Below, piece after piece: positions 47,132 to 59,800 of a stretch of 64,000 bases of DNA; position 1 is the stretch's first letter, and each line of letters starts with the position of its first letter. The stretch is from NCBI GenBank assembly GCA_030704615.1, contig CM060734.1:48298001-48362000 (forward strand), read 5' to 3'. The notes beneath the pieces are model-generated. The model searched no databases. It was not told the origin of the DNA and worked only from the letters and a program-made list of their open reading frames with translations. This stretch comes from Takakia lepidozioides (taxonomy: Eukaryota; Plantae; Bryophyta). Made by a program: the position numbers and the translations under genes.

Positions 47132-50023
47132 CGGTGGATGCAGGTGCAGGTGCCCTTAGCCACTGGGATATGACCCTTAATCCGCAACAGGTGTTCACCC
47201 GTGTCACTATTAGAATTAGTACTAGAGCCTTATAGTGTCACGTGGGGGAGGTGCGGGTTGTGAGTGTCGTCATGGAGTTACCCAAGGGTTTTGAGGGGAG
47301 TACGGCTACAGGTAGTAGCAGTGAGAGTGGGTTCACCAGACGAGGTGTTCGTTTCAGACCACCTTCACCTCCACCCTCAACTAGTGCAGAGTAAGACACA
47401 GACTCGGAGGCTTCATCAACAGGTGTGCAGTTTCATTCGCCATTGTTGTGGGACGACATGGAGGAGATGTATGGAGCTACTAAGGGGCCTCGTAGGTACT
47501 CTGGAGCTATGGGCACAATCGAATTGGATGACTTTATCCAGGAGTTTGACAGCTGGTGTGATTTGCAGCAGATGCGCAATCCACAGCTGTTCACCCCATT
47601 CATGGCGTGGAAGGGACTGTTCCAGCATTTGGAAGGCCCGCCTATGGACGATTACCATGAGTTCAAGCGAGGACATGAAGCAGAGATTGAGGAGTGGAGG
47701 ATATATTGGTCACCTAACTACGTCTCCATTACTTGAGGCACGACGCGACCAGTAGCTGCATCAGCTCCAATATCTCCCACTGCCAGCACTAGTAGTGGAA
47801 CAAGTAGTGTCGGTACTTCTGCAGGTGGTACCAGTTCAAAAGGTGTTACTACTCCTCCTGCCACAACTACAACACATGTGCCTAGATTCAACCCGGTGGT
47901 GGAGTTCTTCTAGGAGTTGCGGAAGAACTACCAAGGTGTACGGACAGAGAAGCTGCGAAGTTTGCAAGACTTCCAGGGCAAATCCAGTGAGAGCCTGCGA
48001 GAGGCCTACACTCGTATGAGGCGCTTAATAAGTGTGACCCAGGGGGTTACTGAAGCTCAGACAATCCAGTTCTGGACAATGAGCTCAGGAGAAGGGTGCG
48101 GGATGCAACCCTGTTACAAGCAGCCCAACCCACATTGTGGGGCAGCAATACCACTAGTGCAGGTGGAGTCTGCTGCAGCCGTCACTTGAGGAGCAGCACG
48201 AGTTCCTGAGCCACGATGTGCAGATGTGGAGTTAGATCCACAGCGTGGGGAGGCAAGCCGTCAAGCTAGGTTGCCTCAATCATTCATCTTGGGGGAGACA
48301 GTGTCGACAACATCCATGGCACCTAGTTCTCGTCCGACAGATACAGAGGCCGTTATTGTACCATTGACGAGAGCTACACGTGCAGCACTGACACCTGCTG
48401 CCAAGGCTAGTGCAGCCAGTGTGTTGATGGGGGCAGCCACCTTTGTGTATCAAGCCCCACTGTTCTCGGCAACCATGATTGCGACGCCGGGGGTAAGACT
48501 AGCTGCAGTGTTCAGACTAGCAGCAACACTCTACGAGAGTGGGGATGTCACTTCATCTTCTGTGGAGTTAGTGGAGGGTGTAGTGGCAGAGGGATCCTCG
48601 GATTTGAGGGTCAAAACTGCCATGGCTGCGCCATGGCAAGCTGCAGCTGCCAGGTTGACGGAGCTGCCAGCTAGGCCAACCTTTGAGCGTGCCATGGTGA
48701 CACCTGGAGTTGTCTTGTTAGACAACCAGGATGACATTTTCTCTTTGAGTGGACCGACAGGCGAGCCAAGGCCATTGTGACAGATGTGGTCTCTTACAAT
48801 GTCCTCGTTGGTGGGGCAGTGTTATATCCCATGGGCTTCACCCTGGATTTTTGGGAGGAGTCAGCATCCTACAGGCCTGGATGGCAGTCAGGGGATGGTC
48901 GTCGTGTATAGCTCCCAGTGACATTCATTGGGGGTGTTGCTGCTGCCCAGCGGGGCAAGATGTCAAACTAGCAGCCTTCACAGCTGCAGTTAGTTGGCCT
49001 GGAGAGTTGCTGGAGGGCAATGCCCATGCAGAGGATGTGCTACCTCTAGCAGAGCAGGATGACATGCATGGTACGGCGGAGTTGTCTGCCATGGTTGCTC
49101 ACACTCCATTGTGAGGTACGAGCAAGCATTTGCAGCAGGCTGCTGATAGACGGGTGCAACAAGCCTGGGTAGAGGCCTTCGTACCGTCAGGAGAGGAGGA
49201 GAGTGCGGTGATTGCACCAGGACCATCTCAGTTGTCGCCATTGGACACCACACCTCTTGTGTGGCAGTGCCCGGATGAAGGCATATGCCTTCTGGACTTG
49301 TTTGGCGGGATCAGCACTGGATTGGCTACAGTGCTGCAGGCAGGTGTACGAGTTCGACGTACCTGTGAGAAGGATGAGACTGCACGACGCGTCTCACTAT
49401 GCCATGTTGCTCAGTTGGTGCAGCAATACCCTGATTTGTTGCCAGTGTCTGCAGTTTGTGGATACCAACAAGCATTGCCAGCAGACATCTATTTGCTGGG
49501 GGCGCATGATTTGGAGCGGGTTGACCCTATTCATTTGGTAGTGGCAGGTTGGCCCTACCAAGGGCATTCATCAGCCGGGCATGGCAATGGGTTACAAGAC
49601 TCAAGGTCACGCCTGTTTTGAGAGATGTTGAGGGTCCTACGTTATTTACAGCTTCAGCAGACAGACTCTCCGGCATATATTTTGGAGAATGTGCCATTGA
49701 TGGGTGATTATCGGGCCAAGGTGATGGCCAGTGTGCATCAAGTGCGGTCTTGGCTTGGGTTAGCAGTGTTGCTGGACGCAGCTGCAGTGGGGTCACGGGC
49801 TCATCGCCCACGACTATGGTGGACCAACTTGATGCCACTTGCACTGCTTAAGCGTGCATTTGATGAGGTGCAGCGGCCACCATACCTGACGGTGGATAGC
49901 ATTTTGAACAAAGGGAGACAGTCTCAGCGTGTGAGACACAATGACCGATCACCTTTGGCAGTGGTCAATAAGGTGGGTCACCCACGAGCCGCATTGCCTA
50001 CACTATTCAGCTTTCCAGGATCT
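47132..50023 (+). mobile_element. Duplicate of E1 Gag-PR-DNMT region with internal deletions
   Basis: Reverse complement of ~12232-16057. Deletions near 48135 (zinc knuckles) and 48760 (protease site). Catalytic PC is changed to PY. Confidence 0.9.
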
Positions 50024-50973
50024 TCTATAAGCGAAATGCAAACAACAACCTTCAATGTGTGTGTGCATCAAATATGTCATTCAATAATTACATGTATGTG
50101 CGCAACGTACACGCATGCAAAGTTTCAAACCCAAACAAAATCATTTGCCCCCCCAATGACGCATTCACCCTATCAACCAATTTTTGTTTATTAATATGAA
50201 AGAAAATCCTCTCATGCCATTGCACCCAACAAACGGATGTGGCTCAAGCTTCATTTTTTCCTACATGTGCTTAAATATGTGTGCAACACGTGTACAAAAA
50301 TCCAGCAGACTATAAAAAAATAAAAATAAAAATAAAAATTGCCTCCCCAACGACGCACTCACCCTTGCAATTTTGAATTAAAATCGAATTTAAATTAACT
50401 TAAAATAAATATTTGCATTTAGAAATATATATGATTGCGGTTTTGAGGGGCATAATGATTTTATTTTTAGCTCTTTTTTGTTATGTGACATCGGGCTTTG
50501 CACCACTACATCCATGAAAAAAATGGGACAAAAAAAAATGGAAAAAAAAATAAGTGTGTTTCTATGGTCAATTTTGCAAAACTCTCTATAAAGAGTGCAA
50601 GAAGTTGAAGATAACTCAACTTTGGAATGCAAATGAGAGAACTAAATCTGGTTATGGGTCCAAATGACTTTTGCTTGCACGCACATTGCATATGCTATCA
50701 TTAAGCATATGGCTTGAAAATGAAATAAAAAAAATCATCTGCAGGCAAAACACAATTTTCCATCTCTATGACACGTAGCTGCATTCAACACTAGAATGAC
50801 CCATTGAATCAACTTGGTTCAAGCTCATATTTGGTCCACATGTGTATAAGTATGTTTAGATGACATATGCAAAGTTGCAACCCACGAGCAACAAGAAAAA
50901 AATTTACATCAATCGATTAATCGGATGTATACAAAGTACATCATGAGAATATCTACAATGCCCCTCTACGCGA

Positions 50974-51520
50974 TCACTGTCTCAAAGGAACCCTATTTCT
51001 ATCATACACATCCCACTCACGCTGTAATCGGAGGTCCCAATCATCCCGGGAGAACTCGTATGATGCAAATAGTTCGTTGCCAGCCCTAATAGTCCTACTA
51101 GCACATGTCATCACAACATGTACATCCCTCACAGTATACTGACGTATGACCACAAAAGCTCTCATGCCCATCGCTTTGCTCGTCCCATACTACATTGGTT
51201 CTCCTAGGATGACCAAAAGAACTATTGACCAGCCTAGCAACATTGCCGAAGATGTCGGGGTCACCATCACAAAATCTGATCTCAATGGGAAACAACCCCC
51301 GTCTACGTACATCCTGTCCGTTGACACACAAAATGTAGGGTAGGATGTATGGGGCTTCAAGGCGTAATGTACGGAACTCCGCGGAGGTGTAGTAGGGAAA
51401 CAAGTCCACCATGTTGTTTCTCCGAGGAGGAACCACAATATCATTGACCGTGAATAACCCCGACCATAGCAAGGTCTGTAGCGGCTCTCACAACATACCG
51501 TCTCCCCCAATACTCGAACT
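50974..51520 (-). pseudogene. SET-domain (lysine methyltransferase-like) ORF remnant
   Basis: GLFTVNDI (motif I), GNVARLVNSS (cf. GNxARFINHS) and ASRTIRAGNELFASYE (cf. AxRDIxxGEELxxDY), split over frames. Confidence 0.7.
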
Positions 51521-52699
51521 CCACATTTTCCTCAGATGGGGTGGGAGGGTCGAGATGATTCCCCCAACAACGAGGCTAGATGGTCCTCAGTAACATAGTC
51601 CTATGCGCTTCCCATCGGGGCGAGGATCCGGCTTAGGCCGCCCAAGCCGAAGGGGAGGAACCTAGGGCGAAGCCGACCCCTCCTAGGGGTTCGGGGGGCA
51701 CATACACATGGAGGTGGAGGTGGAGGTGGTACTGCTGGCGGAGGAGATGAAAGTGGAGGTGGTTGAGGATGTAATGTCGGAGGTGCAGCCGGGGGTACAA
51801 CGTCCGGATAAGGTACAACCGGAGGTGGATCAAGCAAAGAAATAGACGGGGGGGGGGGGGGGGGGGGGGGAGGCCACAATCAGGGGGACCGCAGCTTGGG
51901 CATCAAGTCGTGGCTGCAATGTGTGTAGTGAACGACGTATCAATACTTATGTCGTAATTTTTATTCATGTATGCTTACCAATCATACTATATATTAGATA
52001 AACCTAAATGTACCTTATATAAATGTTAATGAGAGTGGGAAAAACACTCACCTTTGCCGCAACCGCAATCTTGTTTCTTGTAATTTTTTCGACAACATGC
52101 GGTCGCCGCCTCGGTGGTCTGGTGCCGCCGGCGGTATCCGTTCCCACACTTAGTGCACCAACACTCAATCCTGTCGGGGGGGGGGGTCAAAGGTGGACGT
52201 GGTTGGACGGGGTGGCCCGCAACGGGGCAACCCGCTGCGCGCCCGACTCGATCCCGGAGTGTCAACACCTCCGCATCACTAAATTTGGCCCCGGTCCCTT
52301 CTACGATTGTGCCCGGCAGCCTGTATTGAATCAGGTGCAATGGGTGGCTCCTCGCCACGAAAAATGGTCGCTCTAGGCCACAATCGATGTGGTACTACCT
52401 CCCCATCCTTGAGGAGACGGGTCGATGTTTCCTCACCATCGCATCCTAATTAACACACACCACCACACTTTCATTTCTCAAAAACCGTTGGCAAAAAAAC
52501 CCTATGCCTCAGCCTCGGGGCTTTCAAAATTGGTAACCAAAGGTGGAGCATCCCTATGGTGCTAGAGCCCAAGACAATAAATCCTTCCTCTCGTTCTATC
52601 TTTAGGATGCTCACACTATGGAAAATTTTGTTGAGACCCAGCGCTTTGCGATTATCAGATTGAACCACATTTTGGGTATGTGAAACCTGACTTAGAGAG

Positions 52700-52921
52700 T
52701 GTAGTGTCCAAGCCATGTCTGTTACCAAAAATTGTCCGATGAAAATGAAGTTAGGAAGAAACTTCCCTGAACCTGTTTCCAGTCTGTGACATGGGGGAGG
52801 ACATCATGGATGCGCTCAAGGTCTATCCACTCTTGGCACCAGACCTAAATTTAAAGTCAGGGCAGGAAGACTACCTTTGAACAGTAAACAGAAGCAGAGA
52901 GGAAAGGGAAAGTGCAATTTC
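52700..52921 (+). mobile_element. LINE 3' fragment, inverted relative to 54790-55000
   Basis: Shares TCCGATGAAAATGAAGTTAGG...GAAGCAGAGAGGAAAGGGAAAGTGCAAT with the minus-strand copy. Confidence 0.7.
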
Positions 52922-53739
52922 CCTGACGTACCTCTGCTGCTGCGGGTGCTTGAAGCGAGCTGGCGCGGTGAGCTGCTGCGGTGCTATCGCGGCTGCCAGC
53001 GGCGCGGGTCCCCGCCGCTGCAGGGCGTCTCGCCCCCGCTCACCACGGCTCTCTCTCTCTCTTCAACTCGTTAGGTCGCGCCTCTGCGCGGCGTTCCTAC
53101 CACACAGGGGAGAGAGACATCAGCCCGTGCTTAGGGCAAGAAGAAAGACATAAAGTGAGGGAGAGGCAGTGCTTACCTTGGGCGTTGGAGCGGCGTTGGG
53201 GCAAACTCCTTGGGCCTTGCGACCACCTCGGGCTCAGCAGCACGTGCGTTTCTCCTCCACGCTAAACCCTAAACCCCTACTCTCTGAACTACCTCTCTCC
53301 CAAAGACAAACGAAAACTGGAGGGGAAAGCGATGCTTGAAGCACTTAGGGAAAAAAAAGGGCGCGACGCCCGGCCGTCGCACGCCTACGCCCGCCCTTTT
53401 TTGAAATGTAAAAATGAAGATTGAGACGGCTGGCCGTCGTTTTTTGCGACCCCCGGCCCCATAAATAAAAAACACGTCACCCCCAGCGACGGCTGTCCGT
53501 CGAGGGGTGCGACCCCCAGGTAAACAAAAACTCGTCGTCCAATGCGACGCCGGGGTGGTCGCAGGAGGCGACGGCCGGCCTTTCTGGATTTAGGGTTTAG
53601 GGCCTTTTGAGTTTCTTAGTTTTTATTTTATTTATTTATTTATTCATATGGTACTAGGTTAGGGTGTTTGTTTTTCTTTATGGTGCTGGGTTTTGGATTG
53701 GCGGTTTTGGTTGTGGGTCTTGGGGTTAAAAGGATAAAC

Positions 53740-55215
53740 GGTCAAGGTCAAGACTTGCGGGTCTAGATTCAGATCCTTGAGAATCTCTTTTACTCTCTTC
53801 TCCCAGGGCTCACCCTGTTTGACAGGGCGAAGGGGCTGGGCTTTTGGCTTAGCCTCGACTTTTTCAAAGTTAGTAAACAGAGGTACATGCACAATTCCCT
53901 TGATAGATTTGAAGAGAGCGTCTCTTTGGTGAGAGAACCCCAGACAGTGTCTTAAAAAATGAATAATGTCTTCAGGTTGCCCACAGACATGGTTGGACAC
54001 TACAGCCTCTAAGTCAGATTTATCCAGCAGGGTGAAGACTTGCGGTTCCAGGTCCAGGTCTTTGAGAATCTCTTCTACTGTCTTCTACCAGGACTTAGCC
54101 TGTTTGACAGGTCAGTGGGCGGTCCTGTTTCCAAGATATAGAGTCGATTAACTTAAGATATCTGGTGTTGGACATATGTTGCAACTGAACCCACCATCTG
54201 ACCTTGAATTTATCTCGTCGGGAGCTTAAAAGAGAGCAGCACAGAAGAGAGGGAGAGAGAGGGAGAGGGAGACATCAGGGGGCAACAAAGAAAAGAAAAG
54301 AAGGTGGGGGGGGGAGTGACTGAGCAGCTGCTGCTGCTCAGTCATTCCCCCCCCCCCCACATCCTTCGTCGGCTACAACTCACTTTTGAAAGGTTTGCCA
54401 TTATGGGGGTCGACTTCTGATCCACAGAGTTTTCTGTTATTTTTCTTTGTTGCCCCCTCTCTTGGGGAAACAAAAGGGACAGATCCTACCTCTGTCAGGG
54501 GCTGACGTTGGTAGTAAGACTTACCTTCACATATAGAATTAATCCGGGTTTTCCAGATATCCTCTACAAATCCCTTCACACAAGCATCAATCTGTTGTGT
54601 GTGATATGCCCAAAAACTAGGCCTCAGAAGGGGCTGGGCTTTTGGCTCAGCCTCGACTTTTTCAAAGTTAGTAAACATAGGTACATGCACAATTCCCTTG
54701 ATAGATTTGAAGAGAGCGTCTCTTTGGTGAGAGAACCCCGGACAGTGTATCAGAAAATGAACACTGTCTTCAGATTGCCCACACAACGGGCAATTGCACT
54801 CTCCCTTTCCTCTCTGCTTCTGTTTGTTGTTCAAAGGTAGGCTTCCTGCCCTGAGTTTAAATTTCAGTCTAGTGCCGAGAGTGGGTAGACCCTTGATGTC
54901 ATCCAAGATGTCCTCCCCCATGTCACTGACTGGAAACAAGTTCAGGGAAGTTTTTTGCCTAACTTCATTTTCATCAGACAATCTCATGGCAACAGACATG
55001 GTTGGACACTACAGCCTCTAAGTCAGATTTATCCAGCAGGGTGAAGACTTGTGGTTCCAGGTCTAGGTCCTTGAGAATCTCTTCTACTGTCTTCTGCCAG
55101 GACTTAGCCTGTTTGACAGGTCGGTGGGCGGTCCTGTTTCCAAGATATAGAGTCGATTAACTTAGGATATCTGGTGTTGGACATATGCTGCAGCTGACCC
55201 CACCATCTGACCTCC
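53740..55215 (-). mobile_element. Two tandem LINE 3'-end fragments (ORF2 C-terminal zinc finger)
   Basis: LKFKLRAGSLPLN...CPLCGQSEDSVHFLIHCP in ORF 54373-54999. About 53830-54200 duplicates parts of 54620-55215. Confidence 0.65.
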
Positions 55216-56867
55216 CCCCCCCCCCCAACCCATTTTTTTTTCATTGTTGCCCCTTCTCTCCCTCTGTCTCCCTCCTCAGAACCGGCCGGTTGCATCAGTG
55301 TTCTTTTCATGATTTTCCATCTATACCAGATGGACTCTAAAAGGTGTTTTCACCCGACTTGTAAAGGTCTTCTATCCATACCGGAAGAATCACCTGGGTG
55401 GACACTAAAGTACCTTTAAAAAGGACTTATAATTTTTCATTCCTCTTTTATTGACTTTCATCTATATCAGATGGGTCACCAGAGAATGAGGAATTACCTC
55501 CATAAGGGTTATGACACTGGCATCCTATCTATAATTTTTCCATCCATGCCGGATGAAAAATACCAGGATCTGAATTCGTTTTATTTCCCATTTTACGCTT
55601 TTTTTCCGTAGTGGATGAGGCTTTCTCTTAAGGGATGACGAATTACCTGTTAGGATGAAAAACCGCTACCCTAGATGATTGATACTAATTATCATCCTGC
55701 TGATGGACCTCATCCAAACAAATGAACCTATTTATTTTTTCATCTGGACCAGATGAAAAAATCAGCTTATGATGGCCATGGAGATTTTTCTAATTACCCT
55801 TAATTATTGCTAGTTAAGGAGTGAAACCCTAACTCCTACCCTATAAACCTAGCTAACGGATGACATCCGTCGGTAAGAGAAAGGGTATCGATTATTCATC
55901 CTATGGATGAAAAATCGGGCTCTGCCCTAGGGTGTCTCTCCCGCTGTCAGCTGCATTTCTCGTGCTGCTGAGCTCGCGAGTTATGGCGTCTGAGCCCTGC
56001 TACTACCCTGTCTGCTGCTTCATGCCAGACGAGCTCCTGGGGATGCACAATGGCGGTGTCTGGTCTCTTATCACAGGTGGGAGAACCTGTTGTGATGGCA
56101 TCACCCCTTTCCCTCCTCTGGCTTTTATGTTTTGCAGCGGCGCTTTGGTGGGGAAGTATATCGCTCCCTCTCCCTTCTTAGACATAGCATTTGTATGGGG
56201 TATCTTGATGGAGAAGTTTCCTCGAAAAGAAGTTTCTTGAGCAGTTTCCCAAGTTACTCTCGGTAATTGGGTAAACTCCTGATAACTTGATAACTAATAG
56301 TAACTTATGGTAAATCATGATAGATCACGGTAACTTTTGATAACATGATAACTTGGTAACTTCTAGTATTTACTCCTGGTAAGTTCCTCTGGGCTATGTC
56401 CGTGACAACACATGCCACAACGACGGGTCAACGGGGAGACGAATGCGCTGCAGACGAGGCATCGCAACTTGGTAAGAGGCGAAACAGGGGCGATGGAGGA
56501 AAGGCGTCCAACCTGCCATGAACATCGCAATTGCTCGAGGGCTTGGCGCTGCTGCTCCAGCGAACGCCTCTAGACACCGCCGATACCAGTCGCAGAGCTC
56601 TCGTATATCCTTGGGTTGTCCTGTCGGTGGTTGTGCTCATATATAAGTTGTATGGGCTTGCAGAGGCGTGACAGGGGGAGCTGATTAGCTGCTTGGTTTA
56701 TACAACTCTCCAAAGATAGGGCTGCAAAGCGACCAGAAACTAGATTGGGGGAAACTCTATTTCGTAGATCAAGGGTAGATCAGCGATAGAGACTTACTCT
56801 AGCTGGACCATAAATTCGTAAAGTGTGCCTAGTTTTATCTTCAGGAGATACCATTCCCAACACCCCA

Positions 56868-59800
56868 ATGGGAATTCTCCTAGTAGCCTTGGTGCTTGAG
56901 TTGGTTGTGTTCGCAGTCATAGTGAATGTTACGGCCTACCCCCTTTGTCCAAAATCGATATATGCTTTCGGGGACTCGCTGACTGATACAGGAAACGTGC
57001 AGGCAGTGTTTCCCTTTACAACACTAATTTCTCTCTCGACAACACTGAATTCTCCTTACGGGGAATCCTATAACTTCTCCAATCAGCCCGGTCACAATCG
57101 CTTCTTAGATGGGCATCTTATCATTGACTTCATAGGTGTTGGAAAACATGAACATCTAAAGCTACTGTAGACACTCACAACAACAATAGATTCATACACT
57201 TGACCAGGCGGTGAGAAGAAACAACGTGCTAAAGAAGAGTATGCTCAAGAGTGAAAAGAATGAATATAACGGAAAGCATGAGAAGGTTATATACAATGAG
57301 AGTCTTGTGGAGAGGCTGGGCTTCTAGTCACTATTCATAGTAAGAGATAAGGATCACCGTCAATGTGCAATTAAGCACCGTCGTGACCTACAAATATGGG
57401 AGAGTTGTCGAGGGTAGGATAAATGCACATTCTAACACTCCTGCTCAGTTTTGAACCCGACTTAGAGGCCTTATTTGTAGCTTTTCCTGTGAAGTTCAAA
57501 CCTTGCCCTTGGCAGCAGCTTGGTAAAAATATTTGCAGCCTGCAATTTAGTTGGACAATATTCCAACAAAATTTCTTCCTCCTCCAGTTTCTCTCGAATG
57601 AAGTGAAACTGAGTTGCTATGTGCTTGCATCTTCCGTGAAACTTGGGAAACTTAGCCAGTGCAATGCAACTCTGATTGTCACATTTGAGGTTGAGAAGAT
57701 CAATTTGCTTCATTCCAATGTCATGGAGTAATCTCCTCCAAATGGCCTCCTTGGCAGCTTCTGTGGCAGCCATGTACTCAGCCTCTGTGCTTGATAGGGC
57801 CGTGGCTGTTTGTTTCTTGCTGTGCCAGGAAATAACCCCGCCATTCAAGGTAAAACAGTAACCAGATGTGGACTTCCTTGCATCCACGTCCCCTGCATAG
57901 TCCAAATCGCAATATCCTTGCAAAATCCCAGATTTGCTACCTGTCTCACCTATGCCTAATGTAATACCAAAATCAATAGTGCCTTTGATATACCTGAATA
58001 CACGCTTGACCGCAGCCCAATGGAGGTAACCTGGATTTTCCATAAAGCGACTTAACAGACCTACAGCAAAGACAAGATCAGGTCTTGTGAGAATCGCTGC
58101 ATACATAAAGCAACCTATGGCCTTTCGATGTGGTATTCCCTTCATCTGCTCCTGCTCTTTTGTTGAAGTTGGACACATATCAATGGACAACTTCGAGTTT
58201 GCTTCCATGGGTATGGCTACAGGCTTACAATCCTCCATCTTGAATTCATGCAGCACATTCTCCAAGTAGCGTTTCTGACTGATATGGATTGTCCTTTTCT
58301 CCCTGTTTCGGATGATGTGGATTCCAAGACAGTGTTGATATCCCCATAATCTACCATCTCAAATTCTGCAGCGAGCTCCTTCTTCACCTCATTAAGAAAG
58401 GTTAGATTGTTGCTTATCAATATTGCATCGTCAACATACAAAGCAAGGATGACCAACAACTCTGCTACTCGCTTCACATAAATGTTTGAATCCACTTTTC
58501 CACTCCGAAACCCTTGAGCCAACAAATATCGATCGATTCGTTGGTACCAAGCTCGTGAGGATTGCTTCAATCCATACAGAGATTTCTTGAGCTTGCATAC
58601 TTTTCCTTCGGCTCCTTCAACAACAAAACCTTCGGGCTCTTGCAGCCTATTGCCTTCCTACCTGCCGGGAGATCAGCAAGTATCCAAGTTCCATTCTTCA
58701 TGAGAGAGTCATATTCTACTTGCATAGCAGTTGTCCATCCGGTAGCATCACTTTCCAATGCTTCGTTAACATTTCCAGGTACGGTAATTGCTGAGAAACT
58801 CATCGGATGACCTAGGGTTTCTCGGACTTTTAGTGAAGGCTTTTGAATTCTTACCTTGACGTTGTCCAGGCAACTGAGGTGTTCATTTGCTCCTGCTGAA
58901 GGTGATTGTCCAGATGGAGAGGCTACTGCTTTGACCTCTTCATGTGAATCTTCCTCGACTGCTGTTCTCAAATCATCACGATCTGCAATGCTATCACATG
59001 TCGACTCTTTGTCGTCAAGATCAATCTGCACATTTACTTCTTGCAGTCTCTCTTCATCGTGTGGAGCATCATGGATCTAATTTTCTTGAACCTGCTCTTC
59101 AAGTTCCCACCTTGTAAAACACTCAATAGGGTTGACAGGAAATAAATCCCAAAGAAACCACAATTTTTGTGTCACCATGAGATTTCAGCTCTTGTCCCTG
59201 TATTGTATTGAATTCATCAAATACCACATCCCTACTAAGGAACACCTTCCTCGTGCTTGGATTGAACATTTTGTATCCCTTCGCTTCTTCACTATAGCCC
59301 ACAAAAATGCACTTCACGCTCTTAGGCTCCAATTTGGTTCTTTTTTCTTTTGGAACTTGAGCGTAAGCCTTACATCCGAAAACCCTAAAATGATCAACAC
59401 TTTGCTTCTTACCAGACCAAATCTCTTCAGGAGTCTTGGTTGGAGATGCCTTGGTGATCACTCGGTTCCGAATATACGTTGCGGAAGTTACCGCTTCAGC
59501 CCACAAAGCCTTGATCAGCTTGTTGTCATGAATTATGCTACAGACACTCTCCATCAGTGTCCTGTCCATTCTCTCAGCCAGGCTGTTTTGAAAAGCATTG
59601 TAAGGAATAGAAGTGTATCTCTGGATGCCATTTTGACTGCAATATTCCTTGAAAGCGAGAGAAATAAACTCTCCACCATTGTCGCTCCTGATCGCCTTCA
59701 ACTTCAAACCTGTTTGCATTTCTGCAATCTTATGAAAGGTCTTGAATGCATCAAGGATGCCTGATTTTTCTTTCAAGCAATAGACAGCCACCCTCCTAGA

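Noticed and set aside
55290-56390. GGATGAAAAA- and GTAACT-rich patches as defined elements
   Set aside because: Probably non-autonomous transposon remnants, but I could not fix their boundaries or TSDs.
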